Shown here piece by piece: positions 12,827-25,729 of a stretch of 64,000 bases of DNA (position 1 is the first letter of the stretch; every line of letters starts with the position of its first letter). A program made the position numbers and the translations under genes. This stretch comes from Octopus sinensis (taxonomy: Eukaryota), in the NCBI RefSeq assembly GCF_006345805.1, contig NW_021832231.1, forward strand, positions 124,001 through 188,000, written 5' to 3'. The notes under the pieces are model-generated. The model made no database searches, had not been told where the DNA came from, and was given only the letters and a program-made list of their open reading frames with translations.

Positions 12827-14853
12827 ATGATTGTGGACAATGTGGACGAAATCTTCGAAACCCATTCCATTACTGATATAAAATTAATGAACCAACGAAT
12901 AAAGTACATTTTTAAACTAACCTCAGGGAGATTATCTATGCATTGATTATCAGTCTCGACACAAGTTCAGGTGCTCATTCCATGCACACCCTACCAGTGA
13001 GAACTACCACAAGTTCGTGGAGGCATCCAATCTTTTGTCAGAGTCAAACACAATCCTTTCCTCTCTCCAGTTTCTCTCGCAGATTGAAATTGAACAAAAC
13101 GACGGATCTCCCTGCGAACAGATTCCCCACGAGATTAGTCTCCTGGAATATTCTCACGTTTTGACTTGCTGACTAAATTTAGACGATTCAAAGTCTCATT
13201 GAGAGTGACAGACTGGAAGAGGCAGCTGACAAATTCTGCCAAGTCCGTGGACTCATTTCCGAGGACTATGACTCGATTCTTTCTGTTCAAATTGCCGGGG
13301 TACCGTCTGTGGTAACCCCAGGCCATTGAGGACTGTCTGAGCAGGACAGCCGACAGTCCAGGACTACTCCTCTCCCTGAGAAATGTCCTCAAAATAACAT
13401 TCCCCGAACTGTGTTCTGCTTTTTTGGACATTCGACTGGTTATTGTGGAATGAATATTGTAGAAAGCAATAATTCGCCTGGTGAGTTCCCAGGAAATTAA
13501 TTCTGACTTGATTTGGGGTGTGTTCTCAGGCACTCTCGACCTAATCGAGCAAGTGGTGGAGTTATCCCCCAATCCCCCCCTCATTGAGTCCTGGATTGAC
13601 TCGTTTGGTGATTTACTAATCCGCAGAATCCGTGAGGTAATATTCCCAATAAAACTGAAAACAACACTCAACATATTTCGAGTGCACTTGTCTTCGTTGA
13701 GTGCAAATCTGGCTGAGATGAGTGCGGAGTCTCCTTATTGCCAGACTCGGAAAAATATGCTGAGTTTTCTCTATGTGGAGAGAGTGGAGGATTGTGTTGA
13801 CTTTGAGCGTGTTTGCGACGATTTTCTCGACTCAGTGCGGACTAATATTCCTTCTGAGTGCCTTCCCCAACGACTCGACTGTCTCCAACCATTTCTGGAC
13901 TTCTTCCGTGGGTGTTTGGATGATTTCGACGAGCTCTGTTCTCATTGTGAGACTGCAGGAGTCATTTTGTCCACAAAAACACGAAATTCTCAACGAAGCA
14001 GACTATCCAACAAGTTTATGTGGACATGACAGGGTAGATTGGAGGAGGGGATTGGACTGTTCGTCTCCCAGGTGGTGGACTCGTCCGTCGACTATCAGTA
14101 GGGTTGTGTGTCTATCCCAGACTGGTGTACCTCATTCGGGTGATGGACGAACTGAAGGAATGGAGTAGTCTCGGTGGGGTCATTGAGGGGATTGTGAGGT
14201 ATTCTGTCACGTTTTGTCCTCAGTGGTCGTTTGTGTGAAATGTGGAAGGACACTGCCCTGGAATCATACCTCCGTGTGTTCATGTCGGATGAACTGGTCC
14301 TCGACTCCCTTCAGGTAGTGACTGATCACGGCATTCCAGCATTGGGAGACACAAACCGTGTTTTCGACCAGTTTGAGTGTTCCGACACGAGTTAGATTAG
14401 TCCTGATAGGCATAGATCAGTTGCCCGGCTATGGACTTGCTGTTTTACTGTCATTCACGTGCTGATCTCCTCCCTTCTCGGTCTGAGGTGTGTTTGGGGA
14501 TGACACTCGCCCGTGTACTGCACTCATTGGCCGAGTGTTGTGCACAGTTTGTCGACCCAGTCCAGTTTGTCCAGCTTTATTTTGACTGGTCGTTTATTCA
14601 CTCCACTTTTGTGTCTTGTTTGGTTGGGGGAGTTGATTATTGTAGGTGGAAGAGAATGTGCTTTCCTGCTTGCCCGGCGAGTGGATCCGTTTGACCATAT
14701 TCTGATGGAGGGTTCCCTCATGTCCCAATTTGTTGAGAGGAATCGGGATAATTTATGGGTTGGCCATAATCTAACTTGATAGGGTTTATTCGGCCGGAAA
14801 TGACTAGTCGTGTCCTATTTAATGATTATTTTGTCTTGTTTGATTTTCTGTAA
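12827..14853 (+). CDS. COG1: Conserved oligomeric Golgi complex subunit 1
   Basis: N-terminal DEIFETHSITDIK...RHKFSENYHKFVEASN (COG1/Vps51 N motif) and C-terminal QLYFD..DPFD. Short introns throughout. Confidence 0.75.
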
Positions 14854-14979
14854 GATAAATATGCTGATTATTTTTGCCATCTGATATAATTTATTTAAAT
14901 AACTTAGGAAGTGGTGAAAATAGAATATCGGTAGATTAAAATATATTAGATAAATAGTAGCGAGGTTGTGTTGTGAAGT

Positions 14980-16285
14980 ATGGAGGTGTTTGTGAGTTCG
15001 GATATGCTTCCTGTGGTAGTTTTATTACTCCAGTACTGCTCAATTGTGTTTTATTTGATTTTCTCTGTCTTGTACGCCTTCTCAATCTTCTACAGGTTGG
15101 GATATGTCCTCACCCCAGTATATTCATGATGCACCGAAAACCACTGATTGACGCAGAAAAGGGATTTTCCCCCATCAGCATAATCCGCCCTCTGATGGGC
15201 GTGGACTGCTCGTTTGTGGAAAACCTGGAAAGTCATTTCACCCTGGAATACCCCAAAGTCAGTTTTAAATGCACATTTCAGTACGAGATATTAATGTGCA
15301 TCAAATCGAAGGACGACCCGGCGGTGGAGGAGTGCAGGCGGATGATAGCCAAATATCCCCACGTCGACTGTCGAATCATAATCACAGGTAGGCCGGTCCT
15401 TCTATTCCAGACGGGCTGTGCAGCTGTGTCAACCCGATGGTGGCCAATATGGTCCCCGCCTATGAACAAGCCAAATATGACCTCATTTGGGTCTCCTCCA
15501 ACAGAGTCAAAGTCAATTCGACGATCTGCCACGACCTGGCCTCCAAGGCATCTCGTCCCACGGTAGGAATGGCCCACCAAATGCCTTCCACAATCAGGTA
15601 CCCCTCTTTCGCCAATGCGGTGGACAAGGTTGGTGTCCTTTCTGTAGTCCAGCTGTATTTTGGGGCCTTTTATTCGCGTGCTTGTCTCACTCTGAATATT
15701 CTGGGATTCACATTCCTCACGGGAATGTCGTACATGTTTGAGAAATCGAAATTGGAGAGTCTGCGTGGAATGGAGTACTACGGGCAATACCTGAACGAGG
15801 ACATGTTCATTTCCAAGGCATTCCACGACTCCGGCTACCAAAATATCCTCGGGTTCTTTCCAGCAATGCAGAACTACTCGGACGTCACCCTCAAGAACAT
15901 TACTCTCCGTCATGTGCGGTGGAGTAGGCTTAGAATAAACACTCTCCCTTTTGTAGCACTTGTTTTGGAGCCACTCATTACGTGTCCTCTCTCGGGACTG
16001 GTCTTGTTGCTTGCCACGGCTTATGTGTTCCCTTATGCCAATTTGTTGCATGTATTTTTGTTCCATGTACTGGCCTGTGTCGTGTTGGACTATGTACTCA
16101 TCATTGGGGTGGAGAGAGGGAATCCCCATTTGGGGGTTTTCACTTATTTGGCTGCCTGGGTGGTGAAAGAGGTTCAGTTAATTCTTCACTTGTTGTTTGC
16201 GCTAGTCAGTCCGCATACTATCAAGTGGGGACCCCGAACTTATTATGTCCATTTTGGTGGACTAACTGATGTGCTCTGTGAATGA
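14980..16285 (+). CDS. UGCG: Ceramide glucosyltransferase-like (GT21)
   Basis: N-terminal TM segment, ISIIRPLMGVD..ENLESHF.LEYPK, DDPA, TGMSYMF, YLNEDMF, RHVRW, LEPL, hydrophobic C-terminus. Confidence 0.9.
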
Positions 16286-16729
16286 TATATTTTATTTATT
16301 TCCCTTAGCTTAATCAATCAAGTTTTAATGATCAATAAAATTGTTGTATTTAATCAATTATTTTGTTTGTTTGAAAAGTAAATCAACAATCTCAGTGACA
16401 GTTTTCATGACACGTTTAGTTCAAGTTGTTATTGGTTATTCAAGTTCGTTTGCTTAAATTTTAATTTAGATTTAAGACAAGACATTTTACTGTGCAAAAT
16501 TTAGGCTGAATTCTGTTGAGTGCCTCTTAATTTTCCAGAACATTATCTTTTTATATTTTTGTTGCCGAAAAATTTTAGTAAAATTTACTTTTGGTAATTC
16601 AAAGTTCTTAGCAACGCAAAATATTGAAAATCAATGTGAAACAGTGGCCTATCCATTTTCAGTTTCTAAAACTGTTTATTTGAAGCGATTACTATATTAA
16701 TAAAAAGAAACTAATTAATTGCCTAAGTC

Positions 16730-17323
16730 CTTAGCATTCAATGTGAGCAGGGGGTGTCTTCTGCACACCTCTTTTCACCCCCCTCTTCTCTGGCTCTGTA
16801 GACCTCCGTAAGATGCAGTTTTATGTCTCTCACTGACTAAATGTCAGGACTGGATCGGCAACCATCAAACGAGATACTGCATTAAAGCCTGTAGGGACTT
16901 ATCTACACCCAACTGTCTTAAGTACCCCTTTAGGTATTTTATCTCATGTCATCACACACAAAACGACATGGATTTTGCACTGGTAAATCAGCCCTAAGTC
17001 GTTTGCAAGGTCACTTTTTTTCTTCCTTTTCCACTATCCTCACACAATCTAAGCATTGATGCCAACCTCCACGATTCCAATCTCCCAGATGACCTTATTG
17101 TAATCCACAATATCTGGTTTGTTGTGCTGGACAACAAGCACCTTAATGCATACCTTCAAGTTCTCACACACCAATTAAACTCGATGAATTGATTTAGAGG
17201 TTTTGACTGTACTTGAAATTTTTGATAAATTGTTTCAATCTTTGTAACCCAACAGTTACGCGGCAAGCTCAAAATGAGAAAATTGTTGTCGAAATATCCC
17301 ATTAGATAATCAACAATTTCCAT
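16730..17323 (-). CDS. Small uncharacterised multi-exon protein, divergent from the FAM166-like gene
   Basis: GC-elevated exon-like blocks (LVCENLKVCIKVLVVQHNKPDIVDYNKVIWEI; IKYLKGYLRQL) separated by 20-28 nt GT..AG segments. Confidence 0.35.
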
Positions 17324-17457
17324 TAAACTTCGTATTTTCTTTAAAACTACTTTTTATTGCACTGTTTAAAACGATATTAATAAAGAAAATCATAACGACA
17401 AAATGAGCAAAATCCGTTACCCGTTCTTTTGACCGGACTAAATAAACACGTCACTTA

Positions 17458-18248
17458 ATGGATTGCGTAGATTCGTTTTATTCTTTAAACAATGACATTC
17501 AGCGTCATGTTTGCTTATTTAAACAGGCAAACCACAAAGTGCCACGTATGCTCAAATTGGACAAAAACAGTGCTTTACTCACCCAGAAACCATTTCACAT
17601 TCCTGGGTGGATTGTCCTGCTAAATCCGCAGATACTGTGGGTGTGTCCCTCATATCCGAAACCTCAACGGCAAGACTTACGCCAAGCAGACCCACGAAGC
17701 ACTCACTCTCGACAACAGGACCAAATCCAAGACCTCATTTGGGCAAATCAGCAAGGAGGCTATTCCACCCAAAAGTTGTACGTTCGGTTCAGGGAAATAT
17801 AGATTCCCGATAATCCCCGGATATGCAGGTTACTTTCGGGTTGTTTTTTGCAGGTTTTGTGCCTCTTTCGCAGAATTATTTGAGTGGTACTTATTCCCGA
17901 CTTACCAATCGGGCGATTCAGGATTTCTCCCAGTCATATGACATGCAGAAAGGAGTCAAATTAAGTGCTCCAAACACAAATCCCCAAAAAGTGACTATTT
18001 AAGTTATATAAACCAGATCAACCAGTCCTTCACTTATCTAAGAAACGAAAAAGCAGAAATGGGTGGCCTGACTTACCACAGATCAGGTTGGTCAGTCGGC
18101 TAATCCCCGAGGGTACAGTGGATTTGTTCCCCGGTCTCGAAATATTATTGGAAAGAACTTTGTTGAGACCACCAAAGATGCCTTGAAAGTGTTTCGATTC
18201 GACGAACATAAACAGAGAGAGACACTTAAAAAGCCTTTAAAATTTTGA
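17458..18248 (+). CDS. FAM166/CIMIP2-like ciliary microtubule inner protein
   Basis: Three PGY.G..P repeats after splicing: HIPGYCGCVPH..GKTY, IIPGYAGFVP, PEGYSGFVPRSR..GKNF. Confidence 0.75.
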
Positions 18249-18571
18249 ATTAAATAACACTAATATTCATTAATCATCATGAACGTCTGAATAGACAAAT
18301 TGATTTATTTGAACTATTAGGTTTGGTCGCTTTTTTTGAATTTCAAATATTAATGATTCGCCAAATGTTGGACAGGACTAGTTTAGTTCAAATCAATTAT
18401 TTTACGCATATGACTTGCGTCAAATTATAAAATTAGTCAAAATGTGTTTTAGATATAATTAATAATAATATTTCAAAAAGATTAAATATATATTTGAATT
18501 TATTAAAATGGCCACAAATAAAATAATCTAAAAATTAATCGAGCAGTGTTGAGTTGTGTAGCCGCCTCTAA

Positions 18572-19489
18572 ATGGATGAGATAGAGGACAATCTTGGCAA
18601 CGGAGACTTTATTGTGGGCAACAAATACCGCCTTGTCAAAAAAATAGGAAGTGGATCCTTCGGAAAAATATATTCAGCAGTCAATGTGAGCAACGGAGAA
18701 GAAGTGGCAGTAAAACTGGAAAAGTCGCAAGCCCAACACCCACAATTAGCATTCGAGAGCAAAATATACCGTTTCATGCAGGGAGACCAGGGCATTCCCT
18801 GTCTAAAGGGATACTATGAACAGAACAGCTACAACATAATGGTGATCGAACTCCTCGGTCCGTCCTTGGAAGATCTGCTTAACTTTTGCAACCGAAAATT
18901 TGAATTGAAGACAGTTTTGATGTTGGCGGACCAAATGCTGGAACGACTGCAATACGTGCACTCGCGGTGTTTTATTCACAGAGATATAAAGCCCGATAAT
19001 TTCCTGATGGGGACTGGTCGGTATGCCAATCGACTGTTCATAATCGACTTTGGACTGGCCAAGAAATATATGAGTACGACGACTGGCATGCACATTCCCT
19101 ACAGAGACAATCGGAGTCTGACCGGCACTGCCCGCTATGCCAGCATTAATGCACATTGCGGGGTCGAACAGAGCAGACGGGATGATTTGGAGTCTCTGGG
19201 ATATGTCCTCATGTACTTCAATCGAGGCAACCTTCCATGGCAGGGACTCAGAGCTGCCAACCGCAAACAAAAGTACGAGAGAATATCAGAAAAGAAAATA
19301 TCGACATCTGTCGAGTCGTTGTGTCATGGATTCCCCAATGAGTTTGCGATGTATCTCAACTACTGTCGTGCTCTCCGTTTTGAAGAGACGCCTGACTATT
19401 TCTACTTGCGGCAACTGTTCCGCATTCTTTTCCGTAACATGAACATGCACAATGACCCCGTCTATCAGTGGACTACTCAGTCAAAGTGA
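18572..19489 (+). CDS. CSNK1A1: Casein kinase I alpha, intronless
   Basis: 305-aa ORF: [72 protein letters not shown]. Confidence 0.95.
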   Translation: MDEIEDNLGNGDFIVGNKYRLVKKIGSGSFGKIYSAVNVSNGEEVAVKLEKSQAQHPQLAFESKIYRFMQGDQGIPCLKGYYEQNSYNIMVIELLGPSLEDLLNFCNRKFELKTVLMLADQMLERLQYVHSRCFIHRDIKPDNFLMGTGRYANRLFIIDFGLAKKYMSTTTGMHIPYRDNRSLTGTARYASINAHCGVEQSRRDDLESLGYVLMYFNRGNLPWQGLRAANRKQKYERISEKKISTSVESLCHGFPNEFAMYLNYCRALRFEETPDYFYLRQLFRILFRNMNMHNDPVYQWTTQSK

Positions 19490-19604
19490 TATGTCCTCTA
19501 ATATTTGCTTGCTATAATAAACGTCGTAACATTATCAATTTAGTGCAGATCAATAAGATAGGCATAATGACAACACAAAATTTAAAAAGAAAGGACAGAA
19601 TCAG

Positions 19605-20198
19605 TTAATAGGCTACCAAAAGTTCCCTAAAATAGGAAATCATGAAATGAACTCTTCCTGGGATATCCTCCCACACCTCGACCGACCAGGAAAGGGGGGA
19701 TCGGCCTCCTGGATGGAGGACTCTGCGACTGTCCTTCCACAGTCAAATTCATGGCCAGGCCTGACAAATAAACACGGCAGGCGACCATCGAGGGTGACGC
19801 CTTGGTAATTCTGCACTGCCAATTGTGCCGAACGGGGGTCTGCGAAGGTGATGTTGGCCACTCCGAGGGACCTGCCAGATCTGTCATAGTGTAGTTGGAC
19901 GGAGAGGGGCTGCCCCACATTGCTGAACAGTGTCTTTGAGGTTGGGAAGGACATATACTTGAAGGTCCTCCTCGGTTACTTGAAAGTGCAGGTTTTTGAC
20001 TACCAGTTTGGAAAATACGGCCTGAGATCTCCGGAAGAAACCGGGGGGCTCGGGTATTTGGGATTTTTGCCAATTATTTACAAGTCGTGGGACTCGGGCA
20101 TAGTTTCGATTTATGTTTTTGTTTTTCCCACGAGTTAATCTTTTGGCTTTAATTACGGAATCGAGATCCATATCCAAACATTTTGAGTAATCCTTCAT
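19605..20198 (-). CDS. ALYREF: mRNA export adaptor ALYREF/THOC4-like
   Basis: N-terminal LDMDLDSVIK. RRM LVVKNLHFQVTEEDLQ/TLFSNVG..LHYDRSGRSLGVANITF..A..AV..YQGVTLDG. Confidence 0.85.
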
Positions 20199-21088
20199 AC
20201 AACAAAACAACTAAATATCGCCAACGCTATTAATTTTAAAAATAATAAAAATTAATATATTGTTTAATTAAATTACATTCAGATATTGTCTGTCTTGAGT
20301 CCACTTCTTTTCATTTTGTTCTGGCGGACATTCCCCTGCCGCCCGTACGTACTGGAAAACTCATATGGACAGTCTTGTAGACGACTCATGTCATTGCCAT
20401 GCTAACGAGTGGACAGTAGAAAAGACCTGAGAAGTGCACCATTTAATTGAGAGGGAGTAGTAGTGCAGAGTCCGTACGAACTTGACTTTTTTTCGTTTTC
20501 GTCCTAAATCAGTTTAAGAATTTCAAAGTAATAATAATGACTTTTAGTCAATTTCAAGGCCTATCTGGAAATGTTTTTATGTTAAAAATTTTTCTCACAA
20601 TCACGAATTGGACGAAACTCAAATAAATCTGATCAAGTTGTACAAAAAAACAAAACTAATAAAAAAAGAGCCAAGAGAATCCTTTACAAATCTATTCAAA
20701 TGTTGTTTCTCAGTGAGATACAGCATCCATTACTATTCTCCGTTCTGCAGATACTTTCAACTGAACAATAAGGAATCAACCTATTTCAAAAAATATTCGA
20801 AATCCCGAAGATATTCTAACTTTAACTCTCGGTCCAGATAAGAAAACTATTTATGATAATCATAGAAGAAACGATAGAATTTTAATTTTTAGCACCAATA
20901 CTAATTTAACGTTATTAAAAAATTCCAAAACATGGTATACGGATGGAAATTTCTCGATTGCACCATGTATATTCAAGGAAATTGACCTTAACAATCTAGA
21001 CAAATAATCAATTGAATATCGAATTATTGTCAATAATTTTATCAGAATTGAGTTCGATTCCAGTCTAATTATAGCTATTTATGAATTA

Positions 21089-24000
21089 CTAGCTCGGCAG
21101 CTCGCTTCGCTCACCGCGACCTAGCTCCTGCGGAGGGCCTGTTTCATCAAACAACTATAAGTTTATGTAGATGTATAAAACTACCTGGTTTAATGTAACC
21201 CTATTCTATCGCCTGTTGATAAACGATGTTTGTCGTCCGTCCTTCCTTGGCATATATGAATAAATTTTCTCTTCTGCCTACCCTCGAGCATCCCACATAC
21301 AGCTGTCCATGTGAAAAGCACTCACTCTCTAAAAATAACCCAACTACCTTTAATGACTGTCCCTGGGCCTTGTTTATTGTCATTGCAAACTTTTTTTCAT
21401 TTTTTGTGGTTTATTTTTTTATATTTAATTTTTTCATTTTCCTTTGTAATTTCCTTTTTTTTCTTTTTTTATTTTTTACTGGCGGAAATGGGGCAGGGGA
21501 GATACGGCAGGCGGAAATGCGGCAGGCAAGAAAGCGACACACAAAAAAGATTTAATTAATTACCTTATTAAGCTGACCGTTTTTTTTCTCAGCTTCGTTT
21601 TTCCTCCTTCGGTTATCTATTTAAAAAATTATTTTTGAATAATAAAAAAGTTTAGGAAAAGAGGCATACCGAAAATAAATTCTATCTTTACGAAAAACTC
21701 AAGTAAATAGTTAATATTTTTACGCAAATTCTTCTGATTGCGCTGTCAATTGGTGGTAAATTGTGTTAATGGTTGTGCTAATGTGGTTTCAACTTTTTTT
21801 TTTTTTTTTTTTTGGTTTCAACTATCAAAGTGTTTTTCAAAATCTGTTAATTGCACACTCTATTCAAGGTCGTGCAATCTGTGATTGCACATTCTGTCAA
21901 AGTCAAATATGATAATAGCTTTAATTTTGATTCATGGTCGATAATGATATATGCATTTAATTTTAAAGAGAAAAACATAGGATGAATTGAATTTCTTTAT
22001 CGCGAATAATTGGGAGTTCATCATTGTTAATATTCTCGCTGTCGTTTTCATCAAGGATATTCTTAATACGTGAGATTTTTGCCTTGAAGGTTTTAATGGA
22101 CCTCATCATGAATGTCGAGGACATTCGCGTTGTTCATTTTAATCAAAATGCAGAAAATAATTTTTTGATTTTTTGGGGGAAAGGTTTTAAGGACTTCATC
22201 ATGTAAGTCGAGGACATTGTAGTTGTTCATTTTAACCAAAATGCAGAAAATTTTTTTTTAATTTTTTTTGGGGGGAAGGTTTTAAGGACTTCATCATGTA
22301 AGTTGAGGACATTGTAGTTGTTCATTTTAACCAAAATGCAGAAAATTTTTTTTTAATTTTTTTGGGGGGAGGTTTTAAGGACTTCATCATGTAAGTTGAG
22401 GACATTGTAGTTGTTCATTTAACCAAAATGCAGAAAATTTTTTTTTAATTTTTTTTGGGGGGGAAGGTTTTAACGACTTCATCATGTAAGTCGAGGACAT
22501 TGTAGTTGTTCATTTTAACCAAAATGCAGAAAATTTTTTTTAATTTTTTTGGGGGGGAAGGTTTTAAGGACTTCATCATGTAAGTCGAGGACATTGTAGT
22601 TGTTCATTTTGACCAAAATGCAGAAAATTTTTTTTTAATTTTTTTTGGGGGGAAGGTTTTAACGACTTCATCATGTAAGTCGAGGACATTGTAGTTGTTC
22701 ATTTTAACCAAAATGCAGAGAAAATTTTTTTTAATTTTTTTGGGGGGGAAGGTTTTAAGGACTTCATCATGTAAGTCGAGGACATTGTAGTTGTTCATTT
22801 TGACCAAAATGCAGAAAATTTTTTTTAATTTTTTTTGGGGGGAAGGTTTTAAGGACTTCATCATGTAAGTCGAGGACATTGTAGTTGTTCATTTTAACCA
22901 AAATGCAGAAAATTTTTTTTAATTTTTTTTGGGGGGAAGGTTTTAACGACTTCATCATGTAAGTCGAGGACATTGTAGTTGTTCATTTTAACCAAAATGC
23001 AGAAAATTTTTTTTTAATTTTTTTGGGGGGGAAGGTTTTAAGGACTTCATCATGTAAGTCGAGGACATTGTAGTTGTTCATTTTGACCAAAATGCAGAAA
23101 ATTTTTTTTTAATTTTTTTTGGGGGGAAGGTTTTAAGGACTTCATCATGTAAGTCGAGGACATTGTAGTTGTTCATTTTAACCAAAATGCAGAAAATTTT
23201 TTTTAATTTTTTTGGGGGGAAGGTTTTAAGGACTTCATCATGTAAGTCGAGGACATTGTAGTTGTTCATTCTAACCAAAATGCAGAAAATTTTTTTTTAT
23301 TTTTTTTGTTCATCATGTAAGTCGAGGACATTGTAGTTGTTCATTTTAACCAAAATGCAGAAAATTTTTTTTTAATTTTTTTTGGGGGAAGGTTTTAACG
23401 ACTTCATCATGTAAGTCGAGGACATTGTAGTTGTTCATTTTAACCAAAATGCAGAAAATTTTTTTTTAATTTTTTTGGGGGGGAAGGTTTTAAGGACTTC
23501 ATCATGTAAGTCGAGGACATTGTAGTTGTTCATTTTGACCAAAATGCAGAAAATTTTTTTTAATTTTTTTTGGGGGGGAAGGTTTTAAGGACTTCATCAT
23601 GTAAGTCGAGACATTGTAGTTGTTCATTTTAACCAAAATGCAGAAAATTTTTTTTTAATTTTTTTTGGGGGGAAGGTTTTAAGGACTTCATCATGTAAGT
23701 CGAGGACATTGTAGTTGTTCATTCTAACCAAAATGCAGAAAATTTTTTTTAATTTTTTTGGGGGGAAGGTTTTAAGGACTTCATCATGTAAGTCGAGGAC
23801 ATTGTAGTTGTTCATTTTAACCAAAATGCAGAAAATTTTTTTTTAATTTTTTTGGGGGGGAAGGTTTTAAGGACTTCATCATGTAAGTCGAGGACATTGT
23901 AGTTGTTCATTTTAACCAAAATGCAGAAAATTTTTTTTAATTTTTTTGGGGGGGAAGGTTTTAAGGACTTCATCATGTAAGTCGAGGACATTGTAGTTGT

Positions 24001-24115
24001 TCATTTTAACCAAAATGCAGAAAATTTTTTTTAATTTTTTTGGGGGGGAAGGTTTTAAGGACCTCATCATGTAAGTCGAGGACATCGTATTGCCAATTTG
24101 AAGTTGGTGTGCACA

Positions 24116-24146
<31 letters not shown>

Positions 24147-24191
24147 CACAGACAGACAGACAGACACACACATACCATTTTATTATTAAGA
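21089..24191 (-). mobile_element. Non-autonomous Helitron, copy 1
   Basis: A|TC...CTAG|T termini with no TSD, 3' GCGAAGC hairpin, (CTGT)n microsatellite near the 5' end, PIF1 helicase C-terminus MTINKAQGQSL..FSHGQLYVGCSRV (21201-21383). Confidence 0.92.
22100..24090. repeat. Tandem satellite, unit about 93-96 bp, about 20 copies, inside Helitron 1
   Basis: Repeating aggacttcatcatgtaagtcgaggacattgtagttgttcattttaaccaaaatgcagaaaa(t)n aa(t)n(g)n aaggtttta. Confidence 0.97.
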
Positions 24192-24812
24192 TTACATTCT
24201 AAATCAAGAGAGATTTACGAAGAATTTTTCGAGACTATTCAAAATGCAATTCATAATTTGAAATTTTGTCTTAAAACTATTGTGACAGACTTTGAAGTCT
24301 CGGTATTTCGAGCTGTCCCTTCAGTATTTGGGAGAAAAAAATATATTTTCCATCATTTTTGCGCAATGATAGACGCTCTGGCGTTCTTGGCCATTCAAGA
24401 TATGGAAGAAGCAATAGAATTCCTAATAAACAATATGTGACCGGCACATTAAGGGCAAACTAAGTGGGATTAACATCAAAAAATTCTGTAAAAATTTTGT
24501 TAACCATATTTAGTGTGTCAGCAATATTTCCCTGTATTCCAGAAATTTAGTCGAGCGATACTTGATTTTGATAATTTCGAAAAAACTTCGTTTTATTCCA
24601 TGAAGGGTAATTGTGCTATCGTCTTCAATGCATGATATAAAAAAGTCGACATGTTCTTTGTCAAACTTTTTTCTATAATTTCCACCTCTCGTGTCAGGTT
24701 TAACTTCATCCCTTATCCAACAATATGCTGTTGTTCTCGAGATATTGAGTTCAATTGCCGTTTTTTCCAATCCCCATCTGATTCTGCAGCTGAAACTATA
24801 CCATTTTCAAGT

Positions 24813-25170
24813 CAATTTGACAATTACAAACTTCAAATGTCATCTGGATAATTCAATTTGTCAATTATATATTTCAAATGTCATCTGAAAAAATCAATTT
24901 GTCAATTATAAATTTCAAATGTCATCTGAAAAAATCAATTTGTCAATTATAAATTTCAAATGTCATCTGAAAAAATCAATTTGTCAATTATATATTTCAA
25001 ATGTCATTTGAAAAAATCAATTTGTCAATTATAAATTTCAAATGTCATCTGAAAAAATCAATTTGGCAATTATAAATTTCAAATGTCATCTGCATAATTC
25101 AACTTGTCAATAACAAACTTCAAATGTCATCTGAAAAAATCAATTTGTCAATGTCATCTGAAATAATTGA
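24813..25170 (+). repeat. 41-bp minisatellite in the left TIR of element B (about 8 copies)
   Basis: Unit aatttgtcaattataaatttcaaatgtcatctgaaaaaatc. Confidence 0.95.
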
Positions 25171-25729
25171 AGCATATGAAAATTTTGGCGATTGACAGTC
25201 TCTATGCTCCTCTCTTGGAGTTAATTTGAGAACAGCTTATCATTGGATTGAAAATAAAGATAAAGAAAGACATCCAAGAGGAGGTAAAAGACATTCAAAA
25301 AAATCAAATAAATATAAATAAATTAATCAGTTGGATTGAAGCTGATCCTCAGATCACTTTGAAAGAATGTGCGGAGAAAATACGAAATAATTATTCAATG
25401 TCTGTGTCGGTTACAACAGTAAAAAATTGGCTTGATGGGGAATTAATTTCTCTCAAAACCTGTCGACCAATAAACCAATTGAATTAGCCTGGAGTACTTT
25501 CAAAGCAGAAGTAAAAAATGCTAAAAGAAAAGATACCAATAATTCTCAAATATAACAAAACTTCGGATGGTTCTTCAATTTCTGAATATAGGCTAAAAAT
25601 GTTGGAAGAAATCGCAGGAGAGGCAAAAAAGGTTCTAACACCACAAAAATTAATGGGATTTGTTAACCGGGTTGAAAGGTATTATCCCCGAGTTACTCGT
25701 GGTGAAGACCTTTTTGATTTTTAATTTAC

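Noticed and set aside
15278-16129. 283-aa antisense ORF over UGCG, and similar shadow ORFs over FoxJ1 and CK1
   Set aside because: No recognisable domain. Expected antisense openness of GC-richer coding sequence.
21226-21559. Phe-rich ORFs that look like membrane proteins (also 39232-39492 and 30329-30430)
   Set aside because: Translations of T-rich low-complexity or repeat DNA in or near transposons.
22100-24090. CRISPR-like array
   Set aside because: Head-to-tail near-identical units with no unique spacers, no cas genes and a eukaryotic context. It is a satellite within a Helitron.
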